NCBI GenBank assembly: GCA_023213395.1
Contig: CM041465.1
Coordinates: 126,301,741 to 126,365,740 of the forward strand
Direction: 5' to 3'
Source: Cycas panzhihuaensis
Lineage: Eukaryota; Plantae; Cycadophyta
DNA: 64,000 nt
Shown here: piece after piece, positions 36,301 through 49,982 of the stretch
Layout of the letters: every line of letters starts with the position of its first letter
Position numbering within the stretch: the first letter of the stretch is position 1
The notes under the pieces: generated by a model
Seen by the model: only the letters and a program-made list of their open reading frames with translations
Databases searched by the model: none
What the model was told of the DNA's origin: nothing
Translations under genes and position numbers: made by a program

Positions 36301-38106
36301 TTGCCCCCTACAAAACCCCATTTGGTCCATCCCAACCCCCATCATCTCCATACTACCAATATTATTTTTTTTATTAATCTATCATTTTCTCTAAATACCA
36401 TTCATAAACCCCTATTAAAGTCCTTTTTTTATAAAAGGCGCCTATAAAAATCCCTCATCTATCTTTTTCCCTAATGAATTCTTGTGGTCAAACAAACATT
36501 GCACAAATTCTCATCCAAGTCAAAATCCAAAGTTCATCCTTTCTTTCTATACCTTTAAAGTTGTGGTTGATCACCATTCAAAATCTCACTTCTTCCATTT
36601 CTTTTTTCACTAAGCAATCACCAATTCAATATCCTTATGATCAATTCTTTTACCAACTTTCCAAATTCCATCATAACATTCCCCACAAAAATTCTTAGTA
36701 TTCTAATCACCTATCATTCTATAAGCCATCCCTTCTACGGATAAAATGTGCAAACACAAAGCAAGATTAGGACAAGGCATCTGACGCACCTCATAGGTCC
36801 CAAGATCCCTTCAATATAGGACAAGATACAACATGTACCTGGCCCCAGGAACAAGCATCAGTGAATTCAAGATGCTTATTAGCAAAGTTCTATAAAAGGC
36901 ACAAAATTGAACCTAATCTTTATGACAGATAGGATTTAGTAAGTGGTGGTTGTAAACTCAGGTCAAAACAGGACCAAACCAAGCTACAAGAAATTCCTAA
37001 TACTTTGAGGGCAAAGTATTAGTTTAAGGGGAGGGGAATTGTAGCGTTCCCAAATGAAGAGGAAGTCAATTTTTATATAGGGAATTATTATTCAATACAT
37101 TTATTAGTAAGTTGGTTTTAGGAGGATTAAGGAAGGAATCATTTAATATATTTCATTATGAAGACATTTTTTTTTAGAGAGAGTTAGGAGTTATTTAAGA
37201 GAGAAATAAAGGCTATAAATAGGAAAGCCTTGATCATTTGTAAACAAATCTTGGAGAATTTATTATTACTTGGAATAATAGCCTCATGCAATTAGGGCCT
37301 TGTGCCTATTTGGGGGACTGATCTCACCTCAAAGAGGATTACTTCATAATTTGACATTGTATCAGGCTCTATTGTTCTGCTATTATTTATTACTTCAATT
37401 TCTGTTGTTATTTTATTAATTCATGGATGTTATACTACATGGATGGTTGAACTATGTCTTTTGAATAATATTTTATGAAAAATTATTGTTGTAAATGTAT
37501 GTTATCTGCTGGAAAATATTATCTCTATCTATAGTTTGAGGTTTAGGCCCCCTACATTGAAGATTGAAAAGAATCTTGTGTTCCATGATCACACCAAACA
37601 TATTGAGCTACACCATCACTTTATTCATGAATTGATTCAGAACGTTATGATTGAGATGGTGTATAGGCCAACATAAGAATAGTTAGTTAACATCTTTACC
37701 AAACCATTGGCATGTGATAGATTCCAGACTTTCGAGATGGTTAGGTGTTAGAGTAAATGAAATAAACATTAAGGGGGGGTGTTGACATTTAATGTGTATT
37801 ATGGCTTATACTTTAGGTTATGAGCCTCCCTTTAATCTTTGTATTTAATTAGTTGTTAGCTTTTTAATATTATGTGAGTTGGTGAGTTATTGGGGGTTAC
37901 ACTTTCACCTCACATGTGTCGATCCTTTTGGAATCAACATTATAATTAGGTTTGTACTTGAGCACATATTGTGCATTGTAACAAAGTTAATGAGAGAAGT
38001 TTATGAGGTTGATATTTATGTCATTTTGTGAAAATAATTTGCATTAGGTAATTAAGTTAATCCACTCATTTAGGTTCTTCATCCATCTTAGTTTTGAATT
38101 TCTACA
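33332..38106 (+). mobile_element. Copia element D, 3' fragment (RT end, RNase H split by an insertion, 3' LTR 37780-38106)
   Basis: GMVSRF..KRILKYLKGT and DSNW..C.DNRRST. The frame rejoins as DNQSTLK|IEKNLVFHDHTKHIE. PPT AAGGGGGGG at 37771-37779, then TGTTGA...TCTACA. Confidence 0.85.
33724..37556 (+). mobile_element. Non-autonomous Gypsy (chromovirus-like) element with a gag remnant only, 3833 bp
   Basis: LTRs 33724-34171 and 37040-37556 (TGTAG..CTACA). Perfect TSD TTGAA at 33719-33723 and 37557-37561. PBS TGGTATTAGAGC at 34174, PPT AAGGGGAGGGGAA at 37026-37038. gag-like LRKWLEMIE..LLKGRAHDWF at ~35410-35600. No PR, RT or INT. Confidence 0.9.
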
Positions 38107-40219
38107 CAAACACTACACAATAAACTCATCAAATTGAAAGAGTAAAGGAGAGGGCCCTTAGCCTCTACCATACTCACAAGAAACCATGGAGCAAAGGACA
38201 CACTTACATTGCAAGAAAATTTTTCTTTATAGAAATAGAAGAGGATGATAATGATGAACCCTAATAAAATCTTGAAATAATAGACAAAGAACTAGCCATG
38301 CCATAATTAATCGATGGACAACCATAGATATCGCTTGAAATCATGTTAGGGATCTAAAGACCAAATACAATAAAATTTTTTGGATTCCTAAGGACAGATC
38401 AAGTAATAGCACTCACCTACCCAAGTAGCACCCACAATTTCATTAACATCCAAGTTACCAAAAGAGTCGCATTACAAATAGAAAACACAAAAAAATTTAA
38501 AACTTCCATCCTAGGAGAATAGTCAATAACTTCTGAAGGAGAAGCAAAATACCAACAACTTCATATTAGCAACTACCAATTCTCTTTGGACTACCATACA
38601 TTTCCAATTAGTGGATTTGAATATATCTTGGGAGTTGAATGGCTAAGCACACTTGGGACATACACCCTAAACCACGACAAAAACTTCATTAGGTTTAGAA
38701 AGGGTGGACAAAGATATCAGCTAACAGGCATCAAAGCTTAAAAAGATTCCATCATCTTTGTAGAAAAAATGAATAAAATACTCCTAAAAGAAAATGTTGG
38801 ATTCATTGTTGGATTATTTGTAATTCAACTAGAAGATACATGTGACCAATTACCTTTAGACCAAAAACAACAAGTAGACCAAATTTGAGATAACTATCAA
38901 GGCATATTCTAAGAACTTCTAAGATCTATACCACCCACAAGAAACGTGGAACATATAATGGGGTTGGAACTTGGAATTAGACCAATTATACAAAGATTGT
39001 ATCACTATAGACATGAACAAATACCAAAATAGAGAGACTCACACAAGAATTTTAGGACATAGGTTTAGTCATACTAAGTAAAAATTCCTATGTAACACCA
39101 ATAGCACTTGCACATAAAAAGGATGGTTCATTTAGATTATGTGTGGATTAATGCAGTCTAAATGAGGTAATATTGAAGAATAAATATCAATCCTCAAATA
39201 GACAATATCATAAATGAATTACATGGTGCAAAATCCTTTACTAAGATCAACCTCCACTCTAGATACTACCAAATCCCTATTAGATAACAAGATACAAAGA
39301 AAATTACCTTCAAAACACAACAAAGTCTATATGACTTTAAAGGCATGCCCTCTGTGCTAACCAATGCCCTTGCAACATTCAAGCTAACATGAATCGTATT
39401 TTTGCTTTCTGTCTCAATGTATTTGTTATGCTATTTCTTGATGATATGCTAATTTGCAACAAAACATGGCAAGAACACTTACATCACCTTCAAAAGTTCC
39501 TACAAATCTTAAGAGAACAACTCTTTTGTGAAAAGGTCAAAATGCTACTTTAGGAGGAAAACAATACAATACCTAGGACATGTTATATCAGAGAAAGGAA
39601 TCCAAATAAATACAATAAAGATTCAAGCAATACTAGATTGGCCCATTCCCAAAAATGTTTCCAAGCTATATGGATTCCTAGGGCTCACAAGATGCTACAG
39701 GAAGTTTCTAAAAGGTTATGTTACCATCACATGCTGACTAATAGATCTCATCGAGAAGGATAGCTTTAGATGGAACAAAGAGGAAAACCAAAGCTTCGAA
39801 AACCTCAAGATAATAGTCACAACTGCATTAGTCTTATCCTTACCAAACTTTTCCCACACATTCCTAGTAGAATACAATGCTTTAGGAACGGGGATTGGCA
39901 TAGTTTTACTCCAAAATGACCATCCAATATCATATGAGAGCAGAAAACTCAACCTTTGAAAAGGCCAAAATCACCTATGATAAAGAAATGCTAGCTATCT
40001 TGCATGCCTTAGCTAAATGGAGGTAATAATTATTAGGAACAAAATTCATAGTACAAACATACCACCATAGCCTAAAATGCTTCCTCTAGCAAGCTAATCT
40101 ATCAAAAGAACAACAAAAATGCTCCACAAGATACAAGACTATGACTTTGAAATCTCTTGTAAAAAGGAAAGGAAAATGTAGTAGCAGATGCATTATCCTA
40201 AAAATACAAAGAACCTTGT
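38107..40219 (+). pseudogene. Chromovirus-type Gypsy gag end-PR-RT-RNase H remnant
   Basis: PWSKGH (gag end), SSTHNFI (PR), KKDGSFRLCVD, ELHGAKSFTKINL, FLDDMLI (RT), GTGIGIVLLQNDHPISYESRKL and YDKEMLAILHAL, ending NVVADALS at the insertion site. Confidence 0.9.
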
Positions 40220-42102
40220 TGTTAAGTAATAATTGTTCCACATTTTTTTTCCTGGCTTCCGGGAATGGCATGGACATGGCAACATATAGGGAAATCCAAG
40301 TATGCTTTGCTATTCTTTTTACACCTCATAGATTCATTTTATCATGATCTTGGATAGTGCATGTATGTTTTATTTGCTTATATGTGTTGTCTATCCATGT
40401 CCCTTTTTCCCGATGACGAGTACGACTTCGGTCCATGGTTGTTAATCCACCCATTGGGCTCTTTGGGTTGAAAAAGGTGTCGTTCTTCCCCCTTTGCAAC
40501 ATTGATTCTTCTTCGTTTTGATCCATTAGGCCCTTTTTTTCACTCCCTACCACTTGTTGCTGACTACACCTATACCTAAGATCCTTCATTAATGAGTTTT
40601 GGCCAAATTGCATAATTATTTTGCTTAAAAATTAAAATTGTTGCCACATTGTTGTGTTTTACGCTCGCGATAGCGAGATTATGAAGTACTGCGATACTAC
40701 AAATATATTAGTAGTATGACTATTACTTACCCAAATTTGGGATTTTGGTGACAGATCATCTTATTAATGGTCATTTGTAAGACTTGGATGAATTGTCGAC
40801 TGAGGTCAACCCTTGTCATATTTAAGTGGCCCAGAGGCCAAAATCCTACCAAATCTTCCTTATCCCATGTAATTTTGCATCAAACCATAATCAAACTCAT
40901 AGTTTTGGTTTGGTGGTTTTCCCATTATCGATTGAAAACCACCAACCCCACACCTTGCCTTCATCTACTTAATCCCTCCTTTTTCCATTGGAAAGGAGGA
41001 GACTAAGAGATCAAGACACCCTATTGTTATGTTGCCAAAATTTCATTGAAATTTGGCATTCTCGGTTCACTCTTCTTCATTGTTAATTGCATCTTGGAGG
41101 GTATTGTACTACTTAGCTCTGGAGATCACTTGGAGAGGAAACTTGCAACCATAGGCCACATCCTTCCATTTGGATTGGTAATCCTATCTCCTTACACTAG
41201 TATCTTGTTTCTTAGATATGTTTGCCTTTCTATTTACTTGACATGTTTCTTGTGGGCGGTAGGTGTTTCCCTTCTTGATGCTTTTACATCTTTGTCGAGC
41301 CTTTGTTTCTTTTCCTTTTGCACCTCATTTTGCCATAGGACTATTTATTGCAAAGTGGGAAGGTGGCACCTAAGTACTCTTTGGGAGCCAACCAATATTT
41401 GGAGGGCCGGTAGCCGTAAAGGTACCTCCACCAACCTTGTTTCTTTGCTTTGTTTCCTTTAGATAGAACTTGTTTTTCCATAAGGGGCATTTGATATTGT
41501 TAGAGATATATATGTATAGTTGTTGGATACCTTGGAAGACTCTTTTGCCTTGTAGAATTTGTAGCTTGATTATAGAGAATAAAAAGAAGCCAACAAGTTC
41601 TCCAAGATATCAATGTCCACGTCAAGCAACTCCTTAGAAGTCTTCATACTAGCTGCTCGCCTCCCCTGCAGTTGTAAGGCCAAAACCCTATTTTTTGTCT
41701 TTTTACTTACATTTTCAAAATCTTTTTGCTATGCTTTTTCTTTACCATAGCATATCCACCAAGCAGATGTTGCTAAATTTGGTTAAGAACTAGTTCAGTG
41801 GTATCTTGGTTTTCCCTTTGCCTTCTTGGAAAACTCCCAACACATTGGAAGGGAAGTTATCTTGTGACAGATAAAACCACCATGTAACCACGTAGACCTT
41901 TGTTAAGATTTAATTTGTTGTTACATTCTTATCAAAAGAAAAGAAAAAAAAAAAAGAATATGAAGCAACAAAAAGAAAAAGAGGAAAAAGGAAATAAATT
42001 TCTTTGTTGCATTAGCCGAAAGTGGAAGGGGGATAGGAAAAAGAAAAGAAGCTTTCATCTCACTACTCACTCTTTCTTTCCCTTTTTCCTTTATTTTCAT
42101 TT

Positions 42103-42187
<85 letters not shown>

Positions 42188-43167
42188 ATCTCTTGTAATT
42201 GTTTCTCCCTTTCTTTGTTCCCTAAAAAAGAGGAAAAGAAAAGTAAAAAATATTTTCTTCTTTTTGTCTATTTATTTTCATTTCTTTGGACCTTACTCAT
42301 TTCATCATCAAGAGTAGGGAATTGAACATTGTTGCTTGCTATTAGGTACATAACCTCAAGACATGAGGAGGGATCACTTATTGTGAGTCTCGAATCTACA
42401 AGGGGAGATTATGGCTTTACTTAAGGCAACCCGTGACCAATTTGCTTTTCCATTTATAATCTATTGTGAGCATTTAGTTACATTTAGGGCATATGTTTTT
42501 GTTCCATGGTTGGCCATAGGTCCCTTTGTGAAACAAATCCGCATGCTCACCTTCAAATGCACATGCACATCCATCCATAGCCTTAGTCTGCGCTTCCTCT
42601 TGATAGGCCATTGGTAGAGATCGCCCTTCTGTTGCATTCGCGATGCAGGATGCCTAAGTTTGGCATTATGGAATTTGGTGCTTCTATTAAAACTCTTACA
42701 CCTAGGGCTTTAACATGGTAGTGATAGCAATCCATGCCATAACCTGTGAGAGCACGGCTGGTGAACTTTGCTTGACGATTGCTTGAGACACGCGATCGTC
42801 GCTCATCCGGTGACGCCCCATGACGCCGCATCACCCTTTGCTGATGCGGAAATGCTCATTGGGCAAAGACCCATCCGGCTCCCTACCTGTGAACTCGTAA
42901 GGTTCGGTGTAGGAGATCTCTCGCTTTCACTCACCTTGTCGCTTGGTTTGATCAGGCCCCTCCACCATGACTCAAATCGTGAGTGCAGTCACCATTATCC
43001 CATGATGGACTTACTACCCGTGATTCATTATATCCATTCCTTCCTTGGTCGATATGATCCATGCTCTCCCACCCTTTGTATCTTCATTTTTGGATATGCC
43101 TAGCCTATTCAACAGTTCTTGTCGCTCACCTTTTGCCCTTATTTGGGAGTAAATATGCTCGGCATGA
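40220..43167 (+). mobile_element. 5' LTR (40220-42715, ~2.5 kb), PBS and start of the internal region of an unclassified LTR element
   Basis: TGTTAA...TTAACA terminal inverted repeat, immediately followed by PBS-like TGGTAGTGATAGC. Interrupts the chromovirus pol right after RNase H and runs into the gap. Confidence 0.65.
42108..42187. repeat. (AG)n microsatellite inside the LTR
   Basis: Read directly from the sequence. Confidence 0.97.
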
Positions 43168-43667
43168 NNNNNNNNNNNNNNNNNNNNNNNNNNNNNNNNN
43201 NNNNNNNNNNNNNNNNNNNNNNNNNNNNNNNNNNNNNNNNNNNNNNNNNNNNNNNNNNNNNNNNNNNNNNNNNNNNNNNNNNNNNNNNNNNNNNNNNNNN
43301 NNNNNNNNNNNNNNNNNNNNNNNNNNNNNNNNNNNNNNNNNNNNNNNNNNNNNNNNNNNNNNNNNNNNNNNNNNNNNNNNNNNNNNNNNNNNNNNNNNNN
43401 NNNNNNNNNNNNNNNNNNNNNNNNNNNNNNNNNNNNNNNNNNNNNNNNNNNNNNNNNNNNNNNNNNNNNNNNNNNNNNNNNNNNNNNNNNNNNNNNNNNN
43501 NNNNNNNNNNNNNNNNNNNNNNNNNNNNNNNNNNNNNNNNNNNNNNNNNNNNNNNNNNNNNNNNNNNNNNNNNNNNNNNNNNNNNNNNNNNNNNNNNNNN
43601 NNNNNNNNNNNNNNNNNNNNNNNNNNNNNNNNNNNNNNNNNNNNNNNNNNNNNNNNNNNNNNNNNNN
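43168..43667. other. Assembly gap (500 N)
   Basis: Run of N. Confidence 1.
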
Positions 43668-46600
43668 TGGCCTTGCGGGGCCAAGACTCGTCTTGAATTC
43701 CCCATGCATGGCATTTGCCCTCTTCAAAGTGAAGAGGGGGCAAGATCAACGGAGGAGGAGGAATAGGAGGGGATCGGATCGTGCGTGGATCAGGTCGCGA
43801 GGATCTTCCGTGTGGCCAGGGCGGTGGTGACAGAAGGCAGATTAGGTGCAAGGCACTTGGTGCTCAGTGAACTTCATCATCCTCGAAATAGTCCACTCCA
43901 TGGATGACCCTATTCGAGTAGAAGAAGCGCTAGAAGGGAAAGGACAGCAGGACCGGGGTGATCATTGGATCGCTCAACTCTTTCATGGAAATCAGAAGGA
44001 AAGGCAGGAAGAGGCTCCTCGAGAGGAGGCGAGGCAATTCCTCAAACCCATCACTGCGGAGGGTAATGAAAAGAAGAAGGCGGCGAGGCGGGTCGGCCAC
44101 AGCGATGGTGCGTGACACGCGGGGGCTAGTCTCACCAGCGAGAGAGGTTCAAGCGAGGGCCTGGGCGAGGCAGTGCGGCTATTGGTGCGAAGGAAAGAAA
44201 TGGGGTGGAGACAACCTCGTCTCAGTCAGCGATTCATCATCATTGAGCAGAGGTACCCATAACCCAGGCAGCGATAGAGGCAAAGCGTCTTGAGACTAGG
44301 AAGGGAAGATGTGGGATCTTCTTCGGCCGGATTGGGTATACCAATTGAACAAAGGGGCGTGAGTGGGTGAACCTTGGTTTCTTAGAATTGGCATAGAGTT
44401 TGTTTGGCAAAAGGGCGTTCACGGAACCACTCTCATTAAATCCGTCATGGGCAATTTAAAATATCCCCGAAGGGTCGAACACCACGGCTCCCATTTGGTG
44501 AGCCATGGGCGACCCGAAGGAGGTTGTAATCCGTCAGCGTCGAGGACTACAACATCGGCAAGGCGGTTTTGCCCCAAGGTGGCGGAATCGCGGCGGTCAG
44601 AGAGGGTCTTCGCTCTGGTCATACCCTTGGCATCGCCGAGGCAGGTTCAGCGAATACCAAGCTCTTGCATAACACGCAAGGGCATGGCATTGAGAAGGCC
44701 GTTGTCGACCATGGTTCTTGGAGGTACAATCAGGCGTGCTCGATCGTGATGGTGAATGGGAAGTTCCAGCGTTCAGTTCACCGTGGGAGGAAGATCGCTT
44801 AGGATCGAAGGAAATAGTGGGTCGCCACCTTGGGCGGCGTGGCGTGGATGGCGCATCTCCGGTCTAAAGCTTCCGGAGGAGGGCGGGTTGCTCGGGACAA
44901 CTCCTCAGGCGTCCATCGAGGACATTCTGCGGCGAGTATGGAGCTCGTCCACGACGGAGAAGGGTTTACCCTTCCGGTGGGTTAGGTAAGTGCCCTTGAA
45001 GTCGTAACGACCGGCGCCGGGGAATAGCCTTAGGAAAAGAGGATTTCGGGAGGAAGGGTCTCGGAAGGGGATCGGAAGGAGCGGAAGAGCTGGCGGCTCA
45101 TGCTTCCTTGCAGTTTGAGATCGCGTAAGGCGAAGTCGGGTTGCTTCAAGCATGAATCACCTTCTTCCCCTGATAGGAATTCGTGAAGGCGGACAGTCTG
45201 TTGAGGCCAGGAGAGAGCGAGAAGAGGAAGAAGAGTTCGCGCCCTTCCCTTTGTCGCGGGAAGAGGCGGGGATCGAGATGATCTTCCTCGGTTCTGATTG
45301 TTCTTGGTTTGGGGGTTGCGATCACGTTCCCATGTTTGAGGAACGGATCCTTGTGAGCAGGTTGGTCTAGATTAGGCCTTGAGGCGTTTGGGAGAGGAAT
45401 CGCGTCGAGGGGCATCCCTTGGATCTTTGGGCCCTGGCGTGAATCGTCATGGAAAGCGATCCCCATGAATGGAACACCACTTCTTCTCAGCGAGGGTCGG
45501 ACCTTCTCGCTTGGGAGGGCTGGCGTTCCATTCACAGGAAGAGGAGCTTGGGTGGTTTGTTGGACTTGTTTGTTTGAAGTAGGAGGCGAAGGACCTTGGA
45601 AGCTTGAGCTCCTTCATAATGCGCTCGAGCAGGCGTATAGGTGAGTGAGGGATCTAGGTCCTCTCGGTGGGATGAGAGAAGGCGCGTCGGTGAGAAGGTT
45701 TAGTGTCTTTGGTGGGGGTGGTGCCTCACGGCGTTGTGAGGGCTTAAGAGGTTTCTTGAGACCGGCTTGGATCTCGATAGCCTCCAGCATGAGCACTTGG
45801 CGATCGGCGGAATCCTGCGTGGTCGCCCCATCTTGAGGACTTCCACGTGGACTTGGGATGAAGTGCATTGACAACAGGTCAGCTTGACTCCTCGGGCAAA
45901 ATCGCCTTGGTGGAGTGAAGCGAGATCGTGGAATCGCGCACAAAGTCACGATTCATCTCATCGTGACCTTGTTTGGCGAGAGAAGGGACTTCATCCAGCT
46001 CTCGAATAGGCGACTACATCAAAATAATTGATGAACTCGTCCACGAATTCTTTGGAATGAATAGGCGAGTGGGCGGAGGGCGATAAAACCATTTAAGGCG
46101 TCACCCTGAGGATCGAGGAAAGAGTTTCATCAAAATATGGTCGTAAGCCGATGTCGATGCATGCCATAGAAACTACGGACATGCTCATGGGTCTTATGAC
46201 AGTCCCATCGAATCTAGGAACTTCGGGAGGATGAGGCGGCAAGTTGGTTCCAGCGCCTCAGCCCAGAGAGGGTTGACTAAAGTCCACGAAGGCGCCCTTG
46301 CACTGAGCAAGTAGGATCAGCGAACATCAGTAGGTGGCGCCTTGAGGAGGCGGATGGGGTGGGACACCCATCCCTCCTTGAGGAACCACCCTTGGCGACG
46401 AGGCGGGGAAAAAGGCGCCTTGGAAGGAGTCGATTCCCTTGCGAGGCACAACGGATGGGCTTGCATTAGATGGCGGACAAGAGGATGCGGGCAGGGTTAC
46501 GCCCATGCAGCCACACAGTAGGTGGGGCCATTCCGTATGGGTGTGGCGGATCCACCATAAGCAGGAAGGCGGCTTCCCACCACCTTTGAGGTTGAGAAGT

Positions 46601-47370
46601 ATACCACAGGGAGCGTAGAAAGAAGCACCAGCCTTGGGTTGGAAGATCGTGGGAGCAGATCCCACTGTTGGCGGAAGGCTAGCGGGCCCAGGCCTCTTGG
46701 GAGGCGGCATGTGCCGGATTGGGAGGCGGCACGTTAGTTGGATCGGGAGCAGGTATGCTAACCCCGGTTGAGGGACGGACACAGTGAGAAGGCCTTAAGG
46801 CATTAGGGCCTTGATAAGGGATGGAAGGTGCCACCGTGTCCCCATTGCGGAAAGCAGAATGGGGCGTGCGGCGTGGCGCGAAAGGGTTTGTTGTCACGGA
46901 AAGGCGGGCGAGGATGAGCGTGAGGGGAAGAGCGAGGAGGAAGAGGCTCCCTGCAGCGGGACACCCTCAAGCCATTCGGGACGTGGTTGAGAGCATCTTG
47001 CAGGCGGCATCGTCGAAACCTCGAAGCACGCGTCAGGAGGAGTCCCACATACCCGTAAGAGGTGATCGGGACCTCGAACAAGGCATGTCCATCCGAAGGT
47101 TCCTCATAAAAATCGCCCAACTGCGTGGCAATCTCGGGAGCGGATCCCTCTGGCGTGGGTAGAAGGATGGGAGCACAAGAAGGGTGTTGATCGATCGGGT
47201 AGTAAAGGTCGTCACCCTCTTGGGTGGACTCGGGAATGACGAAGGAAGAGCTTGGGTTTCCATGGCAAGGCGTGGTGAGTCAATCGGAAGAGTACCCTTC
47301 CATAGTCGGATCGAGGATGAAGCGAGGCAAGAGCTATACTCGGGGTCTTATGACAAAGGGGTGAGCCATA
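43668..47370 (-). pseudogene. Tat/Ogre-type gag and aspartic protease, frameshifted
   Basis: EVPRFDGT..DPHEHVRSF, LMKLFPRS..GDALKWFY, KEFVDEFINYF (~46230-46020). Protease MVDNG..LN.MP (~44710) and GRPWL (~44510). Pro-rich N-terminus. Confidence 0.8.
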
Positions 47371-49982
47371 TGACGGAGAAAGCAGGCGCATGCAAGGTCG
47401 GCCAAGCGATGTCGAGAAAAGAGAAGGAATGGTATAACACGCAGCGTTGGGGGCGCCCAGCGTGGAGGTCAAACGGTATAGAAAGGATCACACGAGTAGC
47501 GAAACCAGCAGAAGAGCGAGACTAGCTCCCTTCTTGGCGGTCCCAGTATGGTATGATGGGCCTGCTGCTGGGATACTTTGGTGATGGCCGATAGGCGCGG
47601 GAGAGATGGTGACGAAAGCGGTGGGAAGTGGAACCTACAAGGCAAGCAACTACCTTGCAGGCGCCCGTGTCTTGGCCGGGCCTTGAGTTCGGATGCGCAA
47701 TGGGTATGGCTACTCTTGGGTGACCCTTCACCACCTTGGATAAAGAGGCGAAGGTCGTAAGAAGGCGAGTTGGCGGCAGGACCCTCCACCCTTGGGTGGC
47801 CGAAGGGAGAGAGAAGGGACTGGAGGGATGGGCCAAAGCAACCCTACACAACCTAGCAGGGGACACGAGCAGCAGCGGGAGGCGAGGTGCTCGTCTTGGT
47901 TAGGGAAGAAGGAAAAGTAGGGATCGAGAAGGCTCCCTCTGACCTTTCCCTACGGACGATGAGGGGTGCATGCAAATGAGAGTAAATCGTAACAAATAAA
48001 CACAAGGTAATTTTCCTTTTAATCTTCAATGTCTTAATTACTAAGGAAGAAAAAGGAAAAGAACAAATGCATAAGAGGAGGAAATGTGTACGGGCCAAGG
48101 GCGTGCGAGGTGATGTAGCCGCGAGGGTATAGCTCACATAGCGTCTGGGATGTGAGGCGTGGTGGCGGGTGGCGAGGGGCTTCCTTACCTTCCCGGAAAA
48201 TAAGTGCAATGAAAGAAAGAAGGAAGCTAACTAGGAAATGAGATAGCGTAAGTTGTAACACATGCGAGAGGCGCTCATAGGTAGAAATCAGGTAGCGTTC
48301 TCAAGTGCGTCTCAAATACACCTGGCGACAAAGATCTTCCTCCTCCTCCAGGAGGGTACTAACATACAGCATAGGTCTAACAATATATATATATCAACAT
48401 AAATCGAATCCAAATAGGCATGCATCAATGTTAGTCAGCGAGGAGGAAATCGAGGGAAAAATACTCTAAATAAAGTGGGACAACAAGGTAAGCCTCGGGT
48501 GGCCTACAGCATAAATGGTGCCCAAACCTCTCCCAGAGCCACGGGCAGCGAGGAGAAAGTCAAGACTCAAGGCTAGAAAATAGTAGCAAAAGGGGCAAGA
48601 AGACCCAAAGACACCCAGAGGCAAGGATGCTACAGGAGCAAATAGGGTGCTTAGGAGCAAAAAAACAAAACCACGAATGGTAGTTGAGAACTACGAATGA
48701 TTCCCAAACACAGAGGGGTCCCAAATCAGTGGCAACTCGTGGCAATGGTTTGGCGACCTGAATCTCTAAACCCTTGTTTAGATGGCCAAAAGCAACATGA
48801 GGCGAGAGGAAGCTTTGGAGGCTTGGAGCCACCCGGGAGGCGTGGAAGGTGTCTGGAATCACCCGGCTCCTCTCCCAAAGCCTATGCAACCCCTCACTTG
48901 TTGCTTTGGGCGTGAGCGGGCAAGAGACAAGAGAAAGTGGGACGGCGGTCCTCCTGAGGAAAGAGGATCAAACTTCAAGCAACAAACATGAACAAATGGT
49001 GGGCAAGAATATTGCAAAGAACTTAACAAAAGTAAAGAGTACAGGAGGAAGGGCAAGGGGCTTGCCTCGTGAGACAATGAAGGAGGGCTGGGAAAAGCGG
49101 ATGCAGGCGAGCGGTTTGAGGCCACTGCTACAGTATGATGGAGAACACACCGCAAGCGTGGGGCTCATGGTGCTGGATAGAGGCCGGTGGGCAAGCAGCA
49201 AGGAGCCCTCTCCAAGGCGGAGGGGTTGAGAGAATGTCTCAGCCGAGAAGGAGGCTGGTATTTGTATGAAAGTCTGGTCAGGTTGATGACTGAAGTGAGG
49301 AAGCGAGCGAGAGAGTTTTCTTGAGAGTCCCTTCCAAAGTGGTGAAAAATCCAAAAAGTCCCAAAGATGCTTAAGTACTAAAGCAAAACCCTAAAATGTG
49401 AATGGGGCACGGTGGAAGGGAAAAAGTAGCGAACCACGTGGCGGTTTCATGATAAATCTTGAAATTGCCACGGCGGATTCTAAAAACAAAGAGGCAGTCG
49501 TCTGCGGAAATTTTAGCGATGCAAGATCACGGTGATGCGAAGATTCTGGCAGTATGCACGGAGACACAAATGGGGCCCACAGTAGGTCCAGTGAGGGCAA
49601 GCAATGAAAGGCTAAATGACAACTAAAACACCCACAGGAGCAAACAAGCCAAGAAGCGGGCCCACGGGAGGCGAAATAGGCCCCAAATGAGGTGGCAAGC
49701 TAACCAAGCGGCGATGAGGCATCACACGGGTGGAGGTGGCGCAAACCCGGTGGGTCCGGAGAGAGGAGGCGGATCACGGGAATGTCGGTCACCAAGGTTC
49801 CACACTCGCTAAGAGTGTGCCTATAGTCGTCATAGGCTAAACATAGGTGTGGACGACGACCAGTATACAAAGTCATGCGCATGCAAATATGTGGCGGAAT
49901 CAGTACACAAAAGTGGCGATAATGCTAGAGACATACTGCACTTACGAGTCGGTGATTAGTATCCATTCCGGGCCAGGAAGCA
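43668..49982 (-). mobile_element. Tat-clade Gypsy, 5' half (5' LTR ~47461-49982, Lys-type PBS, gag-protease); the rest is in the gap
   Basis: LTR homologous to 7800-10602. PBS TGGGCGCCCCCAACG (47445-47459) resembles tRNA-Lys TGGCGCCCAACG with homopolymer slips. GC-rich. Confidence 0.8.

Noticed and set aside
41046-41462. 138 aa hydrophobic ORF
   Set aside because: Lies in a T-rich LTR, has a non-ATG start and no recognisable motif
43846-49882. Dense overlapping ORFs on both strands suggesting a gene cluster
   Set aside because: Explained by high GC plus a frameshifted minus-strand Tat gag-protease and its LTR
593-49982. Hypothesis that the two Tat halves are one insertion split by mis-scaffolding
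   Set aside because: Their LTRs are only about 65-70% similar, too divergent for an LTR pair of one GC-rich element. They are treated as related subfamilies, though not fully excluded given sequence errors.
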